In this document: positions 60,939 to 64,000 of the stretch, in pieces | Layout of the letters: every line of letters begins with the position of its first letter | Numbering within the stretch: position 1 is the stretch's first letter | NCBI GenBank assembly: GCA_002104905.1 | Contig: MCFE01000405.1 | Location: 16,652 to 80,651, forward strand | Direction: 5' to 3' | Length of the DNA stretch: 64,000 bases | Source of the DNA: Basidiobolus meristosporus CBS 931.73 | Taxonomy: Eukaryota; Fungi; Basidiobolomycota | Made by a program: the position numbers and the translations under genes | The notes under the pieces: model-generated | What the model was told of the DNA's origin: nothing | Seen by the model: the letters and a program-made list of their open reading frames with translations, nothing else | Database searches by the model: none

Positions 60939-62009
60939 TGTAGTGGGGTGACAGTGACACCCACTGACAGATGTACTCATTCCCATATTTTCTACTTCCC
61001 TACATCTCTATTATACTTATTTTAGTTTTATCCTATTTGTCTTACCTGATCAGTACTACCCCATAAGCCGGTTGACCATCACACCTGCTTACCTTATTGC
61101 ATAAGTTACCCCTCACTTTATGTAAGATTACTAGCCATAAGTGCGTCTATATTGGGCAAGTACCCACGCCAGTACCCGTGACACATGGTCAACCTGTGTC
61201 ACCATCCCTACCTTTTCCATACCATATATGGTATCCCTATGTTACCCAGGTTTCAGAATACTGATTGCTGATTGGTTGGATGTGCTGTACCTCTTATAAC
61301 CTTCCGGCACCTACCTAGAACATTCTTAGGTCATTCTGATGTCATTAAGATTTCTATTAATATCTGGAACCTGCTGGATCACCATGATTAGTAATCACTT
61401 AGCCAGTAAGAAAAGTATATAAGGGAGGCTATCCCTCAACAATAAACCATCATCCCTTTTATAAATATATCAACTTGCTGATTAGTGTGATCACTGCTAC
61501 CTGCTGCTACCTGAACTTCCAACCCCAGACCACAGGACACTCCCTGGACACCATGCTGATAGCCAACTGACCTTGGAGGCACTACTTGTGAGGAATACTC
61601 AGAGTAGGTATCTTTTATTATATTTGATTCTTTCCCAAGTTTGTTCTTGTACAGGCAAAGATACTTTTCTGTCTTTGTAACTATTGACCACAGCTGCATT
61701 CTTATCAAGTCCCTGCTGGTGGAGTTTACAGTTGTTTTGACTTTGGAAACTTTAGTACATTGTCATCTCAAAGGATGCTGAACCCAGCACATACTTTTGT
61801 TAAGACGCCAACTAAGTTGGGGATTGTAGCTCAATAGTTTTCCCTTGACAAGCTTGTGGCTTTATTCCCCTTCACATTAGATTAGAGAAAGAACCCAAGT
61901 ATTCCTAGCAAGCTTTTGCCAGAGGTTATTGCACCCAGTGAACACCCCACACACAAAACACTTGAGAAGTGTTGGATGTATCTCTCCCTTGGACCTATAC
62001 ACCACCACA
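60939..62009 (+). repeat. G2 5' LTR
   Basis: Bounded by TGTAGT...ACCACA; a few percent diverged from the G1 LTRs. Confidence 0.95.
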
Positions 62010-62013
62010 TATT

Positions 62014-62030
62014 TGGCACCCAACGTGGGG
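62014..62030 (+). promoter_or_regulatory. G2 primer-binding site, tRNA-Lys(CUU) type
   Basis: TGGCACCCAACGTGGGG. Confidence 0.85.
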
Positions 62031-62149
62031 GGTTCATACAAGCTCCCTAGGACCCAACAAGATTTACCTGAAGATTTGAGCTGTTATCCACCTATTGAAA
62101 AGAGACTACCAATATTACCAAGATTACAACACGAACCTACCTGCCCAAC

Positions 62150-63412
62150 ATGAACTCTATGCCATTACCACTCTCACATGGAGCCCCACAGTTTGATGGA
62201 AAGAATGTGGAAAGCTTCATATTCAAATGGGAGAAGCTCTGTAAGATGTGCAGCCTATCTGAACAAGAAATAGCTGAAGACTTCCCCTACTACTGCACCG
62301 ATGATATTACCACTGAGCTTCTCAGACAAGGAGACATTCTCACTGACTGGGCCTTAATGAAGACCTACCTACAGACCGAGTATGGTAGACCCCAGATTTA
62401 CCATGGAATTGAAGACCTCAGGCACTTTGGAAGAACTGGACTTTCCAAGCTTCCACTTGAAGAGTTCATTCAACAGTATGAAGATATGGCCAAGCCACTC
62501 CTAGAGTCCCAGGCTATAACTGAGTTTACCATCACACTTTACCTTGCACAAGGGCTTCCCCAGGACTTGGCAAGGAAAGTTGACTTACATGCAGCCAAGG
62601 ATGACAAGTCTGGCATTCCTTGCTTTGCAGAGATGAAACGTGTTCTCCTAGAGGCAAAGCAAACTTCTACCTTTATGAGACTCCTGACATCTAATCTGCC
62701 AGACCAGTCAACCAAGGAGCCAAGGAGTGCTGCTGCTGACAATCAGACCTACACTACCGACAGAATTGACCAACTTGCTGAACAGCTACAAAAGCTAGCC
62801 CTCAAGATTAATGGCTCAGCTGAGGTTGCTACTGAGGGACAAAGATCTTTGCCCAGGCACTGCATCTGGTGTGACTCTACTCAGCATGCCAGACAAGAAT
62901 GCTCAGAGCTTAGTCAGCTACTCAGAGAAGGAGCAGTACAGTTTGATGCTGATGGAATGCTTGCTGACAAAGAAGGAAGAAGGATTCCCACTAATTTCCA
63001 AAGAGGAGGGATGAGAGCCCTTTTCCAGAAATCTGACTCAGCAACCAGAAAGATTACTGTTGATGCCCCTATTGGGACTCATAAAGTGAATCCAAGCAGC
63101 CCTGACAACAGACAATATGAAGTTGATGCCTTTGCTACCAAAAGACACCTCCCTGAAGAACCTGCCAAGCCCATCCTTAGAAGACCACGCTTTGAAGAAC
63201 CTGAAGTTGTTATTGACAAGAGGCCTAGTATGCTGCCCACCCAAGATCCATTGCCTCACTTTCAGATGACATCAAAGATAGCAAGCTACTCAAGCCCTCA
63301 ACTGATTACCAAGAAGCTGCTGAAGCAGAACCTCACTTTGTTGGTTGGAGAAATCATGAGTGTATCCCCATCTGTTAGGAAGACCTTTGATGAGCAGCTT
63401 AGAACAAGATGA
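62150..63412 (+). CDS. gag: G2 gag (420 aa, ends at a premature TGA)
   Basis: Continuous frame with zinc knuckle CIWCDSTQHARQEC. The stop corresponds to CGA in G1 (20308-20310). Confidence 0.88.
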   Translation: MNSMPLPLSHGAPQFDGKNVESFIFKWEKLCKMCSLSEQEIAEDFPYYCTDDITTELLRQGDILTDWALMKTYLQTEYGRPQIYHGIEDLRHFGRTGLSKLPLEEFIQQYEDMAKPLLESQAITEFTITLYLAQGLPQDLARKVDLHAAKDDKSGIPCFAEMKRVLLEAKQTSTFMRLLTSNLPDQSTKEPRSAAADNQTYTTDRIDQLAEQLQKLALKINGSAEVATEGQRSLPRHCIWCDSTQHARQECSELSQLLREGAVQFDADGMLADKEGRRIPTNFQRGGMRALFQKSDSATRKITVDAPIGTHKVNPSSPDNRQYEVDAFATKRHLPEEPAKPILRRPRFEEPEVVIDKRPSMLPTQDPLPHFQMTSKIASYSSPQLITKKLLKQNLTLLVGEIMSVSPSVRKTFDEQLRTR

Positions 63413-64000
63413 CAAGCTGTTGAACATATGGACACCCATATAATTCAGACAAACCATGAAGACCACCAAAAGGATGACATCACTACTGAATATAAGACCT
63501 TTTACTCAGTTGCTACTGCTGTGGTAAAAGGGTATATATATGATGACCCTGTTGACTGCCATATTGACAGTGGCTCAGAGATTTGTGTTATGCCGCTAGA
63601 CTTCTGGAAGACACTTAAAAGCAAGGAGCTACTGCCTGTTTGATAGAGATATTGGATGGAACATGACCGATGCAAACTCAGGATCTAGTCCACTCTATGG
63701 TGTAGTACACAAGTTCCCTATTGAGGTACAAGGAATCAAGGTCTGGCTTCCCCTCTTCATCTGCCAGAAGGCAAACTTTGACCTTCTGCTAGGTAGACCA
63801 TGGGAGACCAGTACTAAGGCTACAACTACCAACTATTCCGATGGGTCAGTATGGTACACCATACAAGGATCCAACCCAGGACTACAGTCAACCTTCTGTG
63901 GTGTAACACCCAACAATAAGAGGACACATACTGCTTGCCAGAAGACACATCTTGTTATGGAAGAAGATGAAGAGCCTGACAATATACACCCCAACATTTG

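Larger units (their letters stand above)
60939..64000 (+). mobile_element. Ty3/gypsy element G2 (5' part, runs off the window)
   Basis: 1071-bp LTR near-identical to G1, PBS at 62014-62030, gag and protease collinear with G1. Confidence 0.95.

Noticed and set aside
1-64000. Host protein-coding genes, rRNA/tRNA genes, env-like or chromodomain additions to the LTR elements
   Set aside because: All long ORFs are explained by TE proteins. G1 and B leave no room for an extra ORF between pol and the PPT, and I saw no structured-RNA gene signature.

Overview
Eukaryotic, repeat-only window (roughly 38-40% GC, strongly CpG-depleted) made of nested transposable elements. I found no convincing host protein gene, rRNA, tRNA or CRISPR array. 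There are three complete Ty1/copia LTR elements with target-site duplications: A1 993-5260 and A2 6418-10774 on the minus strand, and near-intact B 40099-44784. A young Ty3/gypsy family G occurs as full-length G1 17836-25009, G2 from 60939 off the window end, and two older LTR remnants. A second gypsy family D has a 1.2-kb LTR carrying a dense CCCCT array; it occurs as one truncated element and two LTR copies. Further decayed gypsy elements are G4, H1 and H2, plus several solo LTRs. At least six fragments belong to a CACTA/EnSpm-like (Tnp2-type) DNA transposon family X that carries additional uncharacterised ORFs. The PBS sequence, FVDD-type gypsy RT, transposase type and CpG-only decay suggest a fungal host, which is an inference. 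All coordinates, alignments and counts were done by eye; boundaries marked approximate may be off by tens of bases.
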